Assembly: GCA_045659725.1 (NCBI GenBank)
Contig: JAZRCK010000011.1
Coordinates: 4,296 to 68,295, forward strand
Length of the DNA: 64,000 bases
Source: Candidatus Egerieisoma sp.
Lineage (GTDB): Bacteria; Bacteroidota; Bacteroidia; Bacteroidales; UBA932
Direction of reading: 5' to 3'
Positions 43,495 through 53,982 of this stretch are shown here, piece by piece (position 1 is the first letter of the stretch; each line of letters begins with the position of its first letter). A model generated the notes under the pieces. The model was not told the DNA's origin. It worked only from the letters and a program-made list of their open reading frames with translations, and made no database searches. A program made the position numbers and the translations under genes.

Positions 43495-46468
43495 AAACCA
43501 TTACCTGAACATTGCTTCCCGGCACTTTCAGTCCTTCATTGCTTCCATTGATTGAATACCTCACACCCACACTCAACTCTATACCTATTGAGAAAGGGGT
43601 CAGATCAACCAGAACTGCCGAACCGTACGAATACATTGAGGTGGTGGCACTATTTCCACGTGCATCAACCACTCTGGAATTTGTAGCATAATCCACAAAA
43701 GGAATCACCTGAAGCCTCTTCAGATATACACTCCTGAGCACGCTTATATCTCCAAGATATACCGGGAATGCATAGTCTGCAGAGAACTTGCGGTACTTCT
43801 CGCCGTACACCTCCTCAGTCCACCCTCTTGGCATAGAGACCAAATTTCCCATATAGTACATCTTGCCGGCATTATTCTGTTTCTGCTGCGCATAAGAGAG
43901 CTTTATACCATGGGTTGGGGCCAAACCTGGAATATAGCCGTAAATGCCCCAATAATTCTGGCTGCCCATATTCTCACCGGCATCCAGAGTGCCTCTCCAT
44001 ACTGCAGTACCTCCAAAGCCCCATTTTGGATAAATTGCGGAGCGGGCTACGCTCCTCATCTGAGCATATTGCACTGCTGCTGTAAGATAATGCGCATTCT
44101 TGAATGCCTTGTCATCATAACTATAGAAACCGTTATTGCTCATCTCCCACTTGATCTGTGGAATAAACTGCCTGTTCCATCCCCCCTGTGAAAAGTTCCA
44201 TGGGATATACGCCAGCACACCCGTCTCCACCAAAGGGGTATCTTCCATGTGGATGACCTGTTTTACTCCCGAGCTGTCGGATACCAGCCTTACATAATAG
44301 TGGTCGCCGTCATTCACATCTGCCTCAAGCTGGATTACAGGATACCACCCCTGCCATTTCATCTTCAGGTGTCCTGCATGATACCCTTTATTGTACGAAT
44401 AGCCCAACATTGTAACAGCGGTTCCCAGAGTATTCTGCGAATATGCAGTTGCACCGGCAGAAACCACCTCGTGAAGGTTGTCATAGTCGGTCTCCAGAAT
44501 CCTGTCAACATCATAATAGAAAGGTGCCCACGAATGGAACCTGAGCAGATGGGCTGCCTTGCTGTACCTCTTTGGTTCAACACTCTGCCTGAACTCCTCA
44601 AACGGAACCTCATATTTCACTATACTTGTCCCATTTGTTCCTCCCTGAGCCAACATCCCTTTTGCAGCCAACGCCTCAGAGGCCTGCCTGGTAAGTTCAT
44701 CAGCCACAAAGTACCGGTATTGCCCCACAAGTTCCCCATTCTCTACACGCGGATTGAATTCAGAACCGCAAGCTGCTGCCAACCTGGCATTTACCTTTAC
44801 CGGAAACCTGCCTCCCAATTCAAGTGATGAATAGTACAGGTCATCACCATCCATAAACGGTGCTGTTGCTCCATACCTTGAGTTGGTAAGTCTTGTAAGT
44901 TCACCTGTCTGAGGCGAATAACCGTAGACATTCCTCACTCCATCCATATCTGATACAAAGTACAGGCTACTGCCATTGCTTCTCAAATCTCCCATTGTTG
45001 CCGAATGCTCCCCAATCTCCTCACTCCATTTGCCGTTGTGCAGTCTGAAAAGCCCCTGCCCCCCACTGGTAATGCACAGGGCATATATATCCTCTCCCAG
45101 CCAGGCTGCACAAGTCATCTGGCCACTGAGAGGTGCAGGGTAAACACCCTGTTCCTCTCCGGTTGCAGCATTCAGAACCTTTATTCTGGAACCGCCCTGC
45201 GACAAATGCTCCACCACCTGCAGCAGTTCACCATTGCCGTTTACCTGCACATTGCCATAAAAATTCTTTTTGCCGTATTTCTTTACTTCTCCCGTTTTGA
45301 GGTCATACCGGAAAAGCTCTCCATAAACAAGATTGCTCCACCTGGCATCTGATACGTTCTCTATGTAGTATATGTAGTTTCCGTATCCGCTCATTGAAAC
45401 CACAGAAGAAGAGAGTGCCGCCAACACCTTCTCCTTACCGCCATTCACAAGCACCAGCTGCGCATGATGCCTGAATCCTCGCCTTATGTAAAGCAGGCTG
45501 TCTTCCCCCACCTTTACTGGAGAGAGGTATTCCATATACCCGTTCTCCCTTTCAGACAGAACATCATGGGCTGCATCAAGGGTTCCACGCCTCAATATTT
45601 CATCTTTCCAGTACCGGGCCATCATCTGCTGTCCCTGACCAAAATACCATCTTGGGGTACCTTCAGCTACCTTCCTGTAGCTTGCATTCCTCACATTTGG
45701 GTTATAGAAGTCCTTTACCAGGGCAGAGAGAAGTTCCCCGGCATAGTCAAATTTGCCTGTGCGGTACCTCAGTGTGCTCCCAATGAGGTATCCGAATGCA
45801 TATCTGTCGGGAGTATAATATTTGTATGAATCCAGTTTCCATCTGTACCAGTTTCTCTCATCCCCTTCCAGGAAGGCTGCCCTGTAATACTCCATAAATT
45901 CTGCGCTGCGGCCCCTTCCCGCATTGGAAAGTTCTGTCTCGGCAACTGTTGCATCCCCCTCAAGGAACCATCGGGAAGGATATATTCCCACACCAATGGC
46001 TGGAGACTGCTCCCCTGCCAATACAGATCCAAGTCTGAAGATGCCTTTTGTAAAATGGGATATCTGCCCCACATGTCTTGATTCATGTACCGCAAGCTGC
46101 TCTTCCCAACGTACAGGATAGGTCTGCTGCGGAGGAAGGGTATAAAGTTCCATCCTTTTTGGAGCCCATACCACCATTCCGTTGCTGTTTACAGTTCCAT
46201 TATACAACACTGCCGGTATTCTTGCCGGTTTTATTCCCCCCAATCCAAGCATCACCGCCGGTCTGTTTTGTTCAAGATGCCACAGGTATCTTGCAGCCAG
46301 CGAATCCGTCCCTTTTGGGTATATAACTTTATAGGTATCCCCCTGCACCTGCATCCACCGCGTTTTTGCCGGCACACCTCCGCTTGTAACAAACTGCCCG
46401 TAGGCTAAAGTTGAAAAGAACAGGACTATGATTGCAGAGAGCAGTTTTTTTACACCGTATACCTTCAT
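43478..46468 (-). CDS. large secreted protein: gluzincin-like HExxH domain + beta-propeller region + beta-rich C-terminus (function unknown)
   Basis: Track ORF trimmed to ATG 46466-46468 (MKVYGVKKLLSAIIVLFFSTLAYGQ signal peptide). LAVHESRHVGQ (HExxH) is followed by WFLEGDATVAE (possible third ligand Glu). Repetitive G/Y/D-rich strands are TolB-like. Confidence 0.65.
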   Translation of the reverse strand: MKVYGVKKLLSAIIVLFFSTLAYGQFVTSGGVPAKTRWMQVQGDTYKVIYPKGTDSLAARYLWHLEQNRPAVMLGLGGIKPARIPAVLYNGTVNSNGMVVWAPKRMELYTLPPQQTYPVRWEEQLAVHESRHVGQISHFTKGIFRLGSVLAGEQSPAIGVGIYPSRWFLEGDATVAETELSNAGRGRSAEFMEYYRAAFLEGDERNWYRWKLDSYKYYTPDRYAFGYLIGSTLRYRTGKFDYAGELLSALVKDFYNPNVRNASYRKVAEGTPRWYFGQGQQMMARYWKDEILRRGTLDAAHDVLSERENGYMEYLSPVKVGEDSLLYIRRGFRHHAQLVLVNGGKEKVLAALSSSVVSMSGYGNYIYYIENVSDARWSNLVYGELFRYDLKTGEVKKYGKKNFYGNVQVNGNGELLQVVEHLSQGGSRIKVLNAATGEEQGVYPAPLSGQMTCAAWLGEDIYALCITSGGQGLFRLHNGKWSEEIGEHSATMGDLRSNGSSLYFVSDMDGVRNVYGYSPQTGELTRLTNSRYGATAPFMDGDDLYYSSLELGGRFPVKVNARLAAACGSEFNPRVENGELVGQYRYFVADELTRQASEALAAKGMLAQGGTNGTSIVKYEVPFEEFRQSVEPKRYSKAAHLLRFHSWAPFYYDVDRILETDYDNLHEVVSAGATAYSQNTLGTAVTMLGYSYNKGYHAGHLKMKWQGWYPVIQLEADVNDGDHYYVRLVSDSSGVKQVIHMEDTPLVETGVLAYIPWNFSQGGWNRQFIPQIKWEMSNNGFYSYDDKAFKNAHYLTAAVQYAQMRSVARSAIYPKWGFGGTAVWRGTLDAGENMGSQNYWGIYGYIPGLAPTHGIKLSYAQQKQNNAGKMYYMGNLVSMPRGWTEEVYGEKYRKFSADYAFPVYLGDISVLRSVYLKRLQVIPFVDYATNSRVVDARGNSATTSMYSYGSAVLVDLTPFSIGIELSVGVRYSINGSNEGLKVPGSNVQVMVSTDLL

Positions 46469-46592
46469 GGGGATAATTAAGATTGAAATTGTTACAATAT
46501 TGTTGCGAATATAACAAATATTCACCTCTTTCTTTAACTCCTCAATTTTTAGATTTATATTTGTATTCCTAAAACAAATACTTTTCAATAAA

Positions 46593-48287
46593 ATGGACGC
46601 AGTCTTTAACATTCTAACCCTTTTGGGATCTTTGGGTCTGTTCCTGTATGGTATGACCCTCATGAGTGAGGCTCTTCAGAAGGTTGCCGGAGACAAGTTG
46701 AGAAACATCCTTGCAGCCATGACCTCAAATTCTGTATCAAGAATTCTCACAGGACTATTCATTACCGCTGTAATCCAGTCTTCAAGTGCCACTACCGTTA
46801 TGGTTGTGAGCTTTGTAAACGCAGGATTGCTCTCTTTGGTCCAGTCTATTGGTGTAATTATGGGTGCCAACATTGGTACAACATTTACAGCATGGCTGAT
46901 CTCTCTACTTGGCTTTAAAGCAGACATTGCAGTACTTGCAATCCCACTTATAGCATTCGGTTTTGCATTCATGATGTGCAAAGCAAAGAAGAAAAAATCA
47001 ATTGGTGAGCTTATCATCGGTTTCTCTTTGCTTTTCTTGGGTTTGAGCTTCCTTAAATCCTCTGTTCCAGACCTTCAGAACTCACCTGAGGTACTTGCAT
47101 TCCTTCAGCAGTGGACAAACTACGGTTTCGGCTCTGTAATAATGTTTGTATTTATAGGCACAATCCTTACCATAGTACTTCAGTCTTCAAGTGCAACCAT
47201 GGCCCTTACCCTTGTAATGTGCAACAACGGCTGGATTCCATTTGAGATGGGTGCTGCAATGGTACTTGGAGAGAACATTGGAACAACCATCACTGCAAAC
47301 ATTGCCGCTTCAGTAGCAAACGTTTCTGCAAGAAGAGCAGCTATGGGACACTCTGTGTTCAACGTATTTGGTGTTCTATGGTGCCTTATCCTGTTCCATC
47401 CGTTCCTTGGTCTTGTATCAAAAATCATCATGGCAATGGGCTTGGACAACCCTCTTGTACCTGGCGCTTCATCAAACTCAGTACTATATGCAATTTCAAT
47501 GGTACATACATTGTTCAATATCTGCAACACCCTTATCCTTGTGTGGTTCACCAACCAGATTGCAACTTTGGTTACCAAACTTATCAAAGGCAAGAAAGAG
47601 GAGGAGGTATTCCGTTTGCAGTACATCCAGGGCGGTATGTTGAGCACTGCAGAGCTTTCGCTTAACCAGGCTAAAGAGGAGATTGTACACTATGCAGACA
47701 TCTGCCGCAGACAGTATGTATACGCAAAAAATGCAATCAATGAGACTGATCCTGAGAAATTTGATACAATATACAAGAAACTTGAGCACTACGAGCAGGT
47801 AACAGACCGCATTGAGCTTGAGATTGCAAAATTCCTCGACCAGGTTAAAGACGGCGTAATCAGTGAGGAGTCTGCACGCAGAATTCAGGCCATGTACAAG
47901 ATTATCAGCGAGCTTGAGAGTATTGGTGATTCAGGATTCAACGTAGCACGTATCCTTCAGCGCCGCAATATCCACAGCATGAAATTTGATGAGGGCATGG
48001 TGAAGAAGCTCAACTACATGATGGATCTTCTTACCCGCGGCTTTGAGGCAATGATCTACAACCTTGAGAAAGGCTATACACAGATCAACGACATTGCCAA
48101 TGCCCAGGATATTGAGCAGGACATCAACGAGTACCGCAACAACCTTAAGGAGGAGCATCTTCTAAACCTTGAGAACAAGAGCTACAACTACCTTACCGGT
48201 GTTTACTACATGGATCTTGTAAATGAGTGCGAGCACGTAGGTGACTTCATGATCAACATCTCAGAGGCAATTATGGAGATCAAATAA
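46593..48287 (+). CDS. Na/Pi cotransporter family protein with C-terminal PhoU-like repeats
   Basis: LGSLGLFLYGMTLMSEALQKVAGDKLRNIL, duplicated QSSSATT(V/M) motifs, and a helical PhoU-like tail. Confidence 0.85.
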   Translation: MDAVFNILTLLGSLGLFLYGMTLMSEALQKVAGDKLRNILAAMTSNSVSRILTGLFITAVIQSSSATTVMVVSFVNAGLLSLVQSIGVIMGANIGTTFTAWLISLLGFKADIAVLAIPLIAFGFAFMMCKAKKKKSIGELIIGFSLLFLGLSFLKSSVPDLQNSPEVLAFLQQWTNYGFGSVIMFVFIGTILTIVLQSSSATMALTLVMCNNGWIPFEMGAAMVLGENIGTTITANIAASVANVSARRAAMGHSVFNVFGVLWCLILFHPFLGLVSKIIMAMGLDNPLVPGASSNSVLYAISMVHTLFNICNTLILVWFTNQIATLVTKLIKGKKEEEVFRLQYIQGGMLSTAELSLNQAKEEIVHYADICRRQYVYAKNAINETDPEKFDTIYKKLEHYEQVTDRIELEIAKFLDQVKDGVISEESARRIQAMYKIISELESIGDSGFNVARILQRRNIHSMKFDEGMVKKLNYMMDLLTRGFEAMIYNLEKGYTQINDIANAQDIEQDINEYRNNLKEEHLLNLENKSYNYLTGVYYMDLVNECEHVGDFMINISEAIMEIK

Positions 48288-49248
48288 TCTGCTGTTGCAG
48301 ATAAGAGATAACCTTACCAACGGGTGCATCCTTCAGGATCACCCGTTTTTCTTTATCCAACAAATAAAGGCTTGGAATGGCCCTGAGGCCATAGATATTG
48401 TTATCCCTGAGAACCATTTCAGCATCATGGGCATATATCCACTCCTTGGGATATTTGCCGCTATTTTTCTTCCACGCCTCAACATCTCCATCTATGTACA
48501 TCGCAAGCACTTTCAGTTTCCCGACGGAAACCATCCCCCCGACAGGAGAACTCACAATCTGCTCCAATATTTCCCTGCACGCATTACACCCCGGATTATT
48601 GAAGAAAATGAGTGTGAAATCCCCTGTAATGCCATAAAGCGAGCCCTTTTTCCCACCCAACTGCTCAAAGTTGAAATCCGCCACCGGAGTTCCTGCCCTA
48701 TTGAGCGAACAAATTCTGTGCTGGTACTCATACTGCATCTTGTCCAAATCTGACAGTGACCTTGCTGACAAAATCCCTTCCAATGCCCTCAAATACACCT
48801 CCTCATCCAGAACCGGAGAATTGGGATCATAAAAATAATGCTCCATCTGCTCCATAACTTTAAGGAGGGGCTTACGTTCTCCGGCCAATGCCAGCGAATC
48901 AAGATTGTGGAAAAGTTCTGCCATAGGAGCCTCCATAGTCTGCACTCCCGCCATTGTTGCCAGCTGGGCATACATTCCAAAGGAATTCAGGAAAGCCAAT
49001 GAATCAACACCATGCACAGCACCGGCCTTCTCCTTGCCATCCAGTTTAATCTTAAAGAAATCATCCCAGTAGTTCTGCGCAATATATTTTACAGCCTGCT
49101 CCCTATCTGTTATATACGAGGGTGTTGTTACCATAGGAAAAGTGCCATTATTCACACTTCTCTCTCCTCCACCATTACTTCCGCCACAAGAAGAGAACAC
49201 TGCAGCCACCGCCGCAATAACCAAAATCTGAAGATTCAATTTTTTCAT
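48280..49248 (-). CDS. thioredoxin-fold lipoprotein (TlpA/AhpC-like, DUF5106-type N-terminus)
   Basis: MKKLNLQILVIAAVAAVFSSC/GG lipobox. FFNNPGCNACRE is a CxxC motif. Confidence 0.75.
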   Translation of the reverse strand: MKKLNLQILVIAAVAAVFSSCGGSNGGGERSVNNGTFPMVTTPSYITDREQAVKYIAQNYWDDFFKIKLDGKEKAGAVHGVDSLAFLNSFGMYAQLATMAGVQTMEAPMAELFHNLDSLALAGERKPLLKVMEQMEHYFYDPNSPVLDEEVYLRALEGILSARSLSDLDKMQYEYQHRICSLNRAGTPVADFNFEQLGGKKGSLYGITGDFTLIFFNNPGCNACREILEQIVSSPVGGMVSVGKLKVLAMYIDGDVEAWKKNSGKYPKEWIYAHDAEMVLRDNNIYGLRAIPSLYLLDKEKRVILKDAPVGKVISYLQQQII

Positions 49249-49296
49249 TTTCCCGACAATTATTTGTTTACTGCTAAGTTAGGAATTTTTTGTGTG

Positions 49297-49328
49297 CAAA
49301 AAAGAGGCCTCCTTTTCCGGAAGCCTCT
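49297..49328 (-). terminator. intrinsic terminator of groEL
   Basis: Minus strand AGAGGCTTCC-GGAAAA-GGAGGCCTCT (one mismatch), followed by TTTTTTG. Confidence 0.65.
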
Positions 49329-49357
49329 TTCTTTTGCTTTATACTTACGTGGAAATA

Positions 49358-51001
<1,644 letters not shown>

Positions 51002-51010
51002 TTAAAATGA

Positions 51011-51280
51011 TTAGATAGTTGCCAAAATATCGCTCTGGCGCATGATAATATAAGATTTGCCATCTGCATGAACCTCAGTACCTGCATATTTGCCATAAAG
51101 TACTGTATCGCCAACCTTTACCTCCATAGGCTCGTCCTTTTTACCTGGACCTACTGCCAATACTGTACCCTCCTGTGGTTTCTCCTTTGCGTTGTCGGGA
51201 ATAAACAATCCGCTTGCTGTTTTGGTCTCAGCCTCTTTTGGCTCTACCAACACTCTGTCTGCTAATGGTTTAATGTTCAT
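51011..51280 (-). CDS. groES: co-chaperonin GroES
   Basis: Track ORF trimmed to ATG 51278-51280: [46 protein letters not shown]. Confidence 0.95.
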   Translation of the reverse strand: MNIKPLADRVLVEPKEAETKTASGLFIPDNAKEKPQEGTVLAVGPGKKDEPMEVKVGDTVLYGKYAGTEVHADGKSYIIMRQSDILATI

Positions 51281-51328
51281 AGTTGTTATGTTTTTCAAAT
51301 ATTTGTCGTGGTTATGCCGTTTATATGG

Positions 51329-51344
51329 GCAAAATGAGTGCCAA
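51329..51344 (-). promoter_or_regulatory. sigma-54-type -24/-12 core TTGGCACTCATTTTGC upstream of groES (candidate)
   Basis: The minus-strand sequence matches TGGCAC-N5-TTGC exactly. It ends 48 nt upstream of the groES ATG. A second TTGGCA lies 16 nt further upstream (51355-51360). Confidence 0.35.
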
Positions 51345-51379
51345 ATCCCCTTTCTGCCAAATTGACACAAAAAAATAAC

Positions 51380-51387
51380 TACATTTG
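51380..51387 (+). promoter_or_regulatory. -7 box TACATTTG for tadA
   Basis: Exact TAnnTTTG 15 nt upstream of ATG 51402. Confidence 0.5.
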
Positions 51388-51401
51388 CGCAAAATCTGTT
51401 T

Positions 51402-51845
51402 ATGGAAAACAATCATCCCGATATTTTGTTCATGAAGGAGGCCCTTAAAGAGGCCCACAAAGCCCTTGAAAAGGACGAAGTGCCAATTGGGGCAGTGGTG
51501 GTATGCGCCGGCAAAGTGATTGCCAGAGCCTACAACCTCACCGAAACCCTCAATGACGCAACTGCCCACGCAGAGATGCAGGCCATCACCATGGCCACCT
51601 CAACCATTGGAGGCAAGTACCTGGACAAGTGCACATTATATGTAACCGTAGAGCCATGTCCAATGTGTGCCGCAGCACTTGCATGGTCTCAGATAAAAAG
51701 GGTTGTCTATGGTGCTCCCGATAGCAAACGCGGATACTCCAAGTTCACCCCATCCCTCATGCACCCAAAAACAGAGACAGTTGGAGGAATACTTGCCGAT
51801 GAATGCGGCAAAATGGTTTCAGACTTCTTTAAAGCAAAAAGATAA
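51402..51845 (+). CDS. tadA: tRNA adenosine(34) deaminase
   Basis: HAEMQAI...[12 protein letters not shown] are CDA zinc motifs. About 147 aa. Confidence 0.9.
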   Translation: MENNHPDILFMKEALKEAHKALEKDEVPIGAVVVCAGKVIARAYNLTETLNDATAHAEMQAITMATSTIGGKYLDKCTLYVTVEPCPMCAAALAWSQIKRVVYGAPDSKRGYSKFTPSLMHPKTETVGGILADECGKMVSDFFKAKR

Positions 51846-52312
51846 TGGAAGGATTGTTAGGTTTGGGCCTCGTGGGGCTTTTCATAGGATGCTTTCTGGC
51901 AGCAACCGTAATACCGTTCAGCGCAGAAATCCTGCTGGTGGGGGCAATGGTTGCAGGATGTGATCCAATCACAACATTCTGCGTAGCCACCCTGGGCAAC
52001 AGCCTTGGCAGCCTCACCTCCTACGGCATGGGATACCTTGGTAAATGGGAATGGATTGAGAAATACTTCCACGTATCCAGAGAAAAACTGGAAAAACAGC
52101 GTGGAAAGATAAACAAATATGGCCCCTTTATGGCAATGCTCTGCTGGCTTCCATTCATTGGCGATGTCTTTGCCATAGGACTCGGATTCTACAGAATAAA
52201 TTTCCCCAAGTGCGTAATATTCATCTTCTTGGGCAAAGCCCTCAGATTTGGTGTATGGACCGTTCTGTACATCCTTTACGGACAGGCCTTTTTGGATTTT
52301 TTTGGGTTATAA
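51845..52312 (+). CDS. YqaA/DedA-like (VTT-domain) small membrane protein
   Basis: TAATG overlap with tadA. FIGCFLAATVIPFSAEILLVGAMV...GNSLGSLTSYGMGYLG. Confidence 0.7.
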   Translation: MEGLLGLGLVGLFIGCFLAATVIPFSAEILLVGAMVAGCDPITTFCVATLGNSLGSLTSYGMGYLGKWEWIEKYFHVSREKLEKQRGKINKYGPFMAMLCWLPFIGDVFAIGLGFYRINFPKCVIFIFLGKALRFGVWTVLYILYGQAFLDFFGL

Positions 52313-52324
52313 GAAATTTTTACA

Positions 52325-52332
52325 TACCTTTG
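52325..52332 (+). promoter_or_regulatory. -7 box TACCTTTG for tRNA-Gln
   Basis: Exact TAnnTTTG ending 9 nt before the tRNA 5' end. Confidence 0.6.
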
Positions 52333-52341
52333 CAGTCTCAC

Positions 52342-52412
52342 TGAGATATGGTGTAATGGTAGCACTACAGATTTTGGTTCTGTCTGTCAAGGTTCGAATC
52401 CTTGTATCTCAA
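52342..52412 (+). tRNA. tRNA-Gln (anticodon TTG)
   Basis: Acceptor TGAGATA/TATCTCA (U1-A72 as usual for Gln), anticodon stem ACAGA/TCTGT with loop TTTTGGT, T arm CAAGG-TTCGAAT-CCTTG. Confidence 0.85.
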
Positions 52413-52415
52413 CAT

Positions 52416-52450
52416 AAAGGGCAGCTTTTCAGCTGCCCTTTTTTGTTTTT
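52416..52450. terminator. bidirectional intrinsic terminator (tRNA-Gln on +, serine hydrolase gene on -)
   Basis: GGGCAGCT-TTTC-AGCTGCCC, a perfect 8-bp stem followed by TTTTTTGTTTTT and preceded by AAA. Confidence 0.75.
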
Positions 52451-52453
52451 CTG

Positions 52454-53953
52454 CTACTCAACTTTACAAGTGAACTTCTCAACCTTATTCTTTGCGTAGT
52501 TATTTGAGATTGAAAGGATTATCTCGCCGTCTTTAAACTCCCAGGTGGTGTATAGGGAAGTTACCCAGTTTACATAGTGGATATTGGCATTGAGTATATT
52601 TTTCTCCCAGCCGTAGCATGCTGCGCCGTAGAACGGACCTTCAAGGCCACGGTGCCAGTCAATAGGGTTGATTGAGTATGGCGGAAGACCTGCTATTGTA
52701 TCGGTTGCCCATTTCTTGTAGCCCATTGGCTGGGTATAGGTTGTACCGTCGGTTTTGGTAAGGTGCATAAGAAGCTGTTTGTCTGCACCCTGCTCAAACA
52801 CCACCTCTTTCCAGCCGTATTTGTTCTTTGGAACCAGGATCTTCTTGCCTGCAAGTTTCTTCATTACAGAAGACTTCTCTTTTCCGGCAGGAATCTCAAG
52901 GGTGTATGCAGCCTGTTTTGCAAGGAGTGTCTGATAGTCTTTGCTTGCAGGAAGCGGCTCATCCACAAGCTGTGGAAGGAAATTGTCCCAGATAAGGTTT
53001 CTCTGAGGCTTGCCGTTGGTGAATGATGCCTCTGTAAGGACAATTACAACGTCTTTCTCAGGTACTACAATCACATACTGGCCAAGAGCACCGTCCGCCC
53101 TTACTGCGCTTGGGTATTTGCACATCCAAACCTGGTAACCGTAGCCGTAATCGCCGCCGTTTGCCTGTTTGGCACTCATCTGCTCAATCCACTCTTTAGA
53201 GACAATCTGCTTGCCGTTCCAAACGCCGCCATCAAGCCACATCTGTCCCACTTTAGCCAATGACTCACTCTGTATGTGAAGGCCCCAGCCGCCGGTATTG
53301 ATTCCCTCGGGACTCTCCTCCCAGTTTACAACAGTAACACCCATATGATTGAACATCTTCTCTTTAAGGTACTCAAGAACGGTCTTGCCGGTAACTTTCT
53401 GTACAATTGCAGAGATCATGTAGGTTACCATTGAATCGTATGCGAACACCTCGCCAGGCTTGTTGGGAACCGGTTTGCCAAGGAAGGTCCTAATCCACTC
53501 TGTGGTCTTTGCCCTCATTCCCCAATCGGGCTTGATTCCGCTCTGCATGGTAAGAAGATCGCGCACGGTCATATCTGCAAGGTTGGTGCAGATGCTGTCG
53601 GGAAGATACTCAGGGAAGAATGTTGCAACCCTGTCTGTAAGGCGGAGCCTGTTCTCGTCAATTGCTATTCCTGCTGCAAGGCTCACAAGGGTCTTGGAGC
53701 TGGAGTACTGGGTGTGCTGGTACTGCGGTGCGAACGGTGCAGGGTAGAACTCCCCCACCACTTTGCCGTGACGCATCACTATCATACTGTGGATATCTGT
53801 CTGCTCCATGTTGTGCATGGCATCAAAAAGCTCAATAAGGGCTTTTGAAGGGACACCCTGCTCCTCTGGAGTTGAACGCGGGATATCGTTGATCTGGGCA
53901 TTTGCCCCAAGTGTAAGGGCCACAAATGCTATGGCCAAAAGGATTCTTTTCAT
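52454..53953 (-). CDS. beta-lactamase-family serine hydrolase (class C / PBP-like) with C-terminal extension
   Basis: Track ORF trimmed to ATG 53951-53953 (MKRILLAIAFVALTLGANAQ). SxxK motif in QYSSSKTLVSLAAGIAI. Confidence 0.8.
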   Translation of the reverse strand: MKRILLAIAFVALTLGANAQINDIPRSTPEEQGVPSKALIELFDAMHNMEQTDIHSMIVMRHGKVVGEFYPAPFAPQYQHTQYSSSKTLVSLAAGIAIDENRLRLTDRVATFFPEYLPDSICTNLADMTVRDLLTMQSGIKPDWGMRAKTTEWIRTFLGKPVPNKPGEVFAYDSMVTYMISAIVQKVTGKTVLEYLKEKMFNHMGVTVVNWEESPEGINTGGWGLHIQSESLAKVGQMWLDGGVWNGKQIVSKEWIEQMSAKQANGGDYGYGYQVWMCKYPSAVRADGALGQYVIVVPEKDVVIVLTEASFTNGKPQRNLIWDNFLPQLVDEPLPASKDYQTLLAKQAAYTLEIPAGKEKSSVMKKLAGKKILVPKNKYGWKEVVFEQGADKQLLMHLTKTDGTTYTQPMGYKKWATDTIAGLPPYSINPIDWHRGLEGPFYGAACYGWEKNILNANIHYVNWVTSLYTTWEFKDGEIILSISNNYAKNKVEKFTCKVE

Positions 53954-53982
53954 ACTTAAATCAGTTTTTGCAATAGGCAAAG

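Noticed and set aside
46469-46663. N-terminal extensions of track ORFs. Examples are 43478-46663, 1419-2378, 25366-26349, 29637-31319, 51011-51412, 61002-62462, 9575-10756, 17197-18894 and 52454-53980.
   Set aside because: The extensions run through promoter-like AT-rich DNA and precede an internal ATG. That ATG is followed by a signal peptide or the conserved family N-terminus, so I trimmed the ORFs accordingly.
51281-51401. CIRCE (TTAGCACTC-N9-GAGTGCTAA) heat-shock operator upstream of groES.
   Set aside because: TTGGCACTC is present, but there is no inverted partner GAGTGCCAA. The sequence fits a sigma-54 core better.
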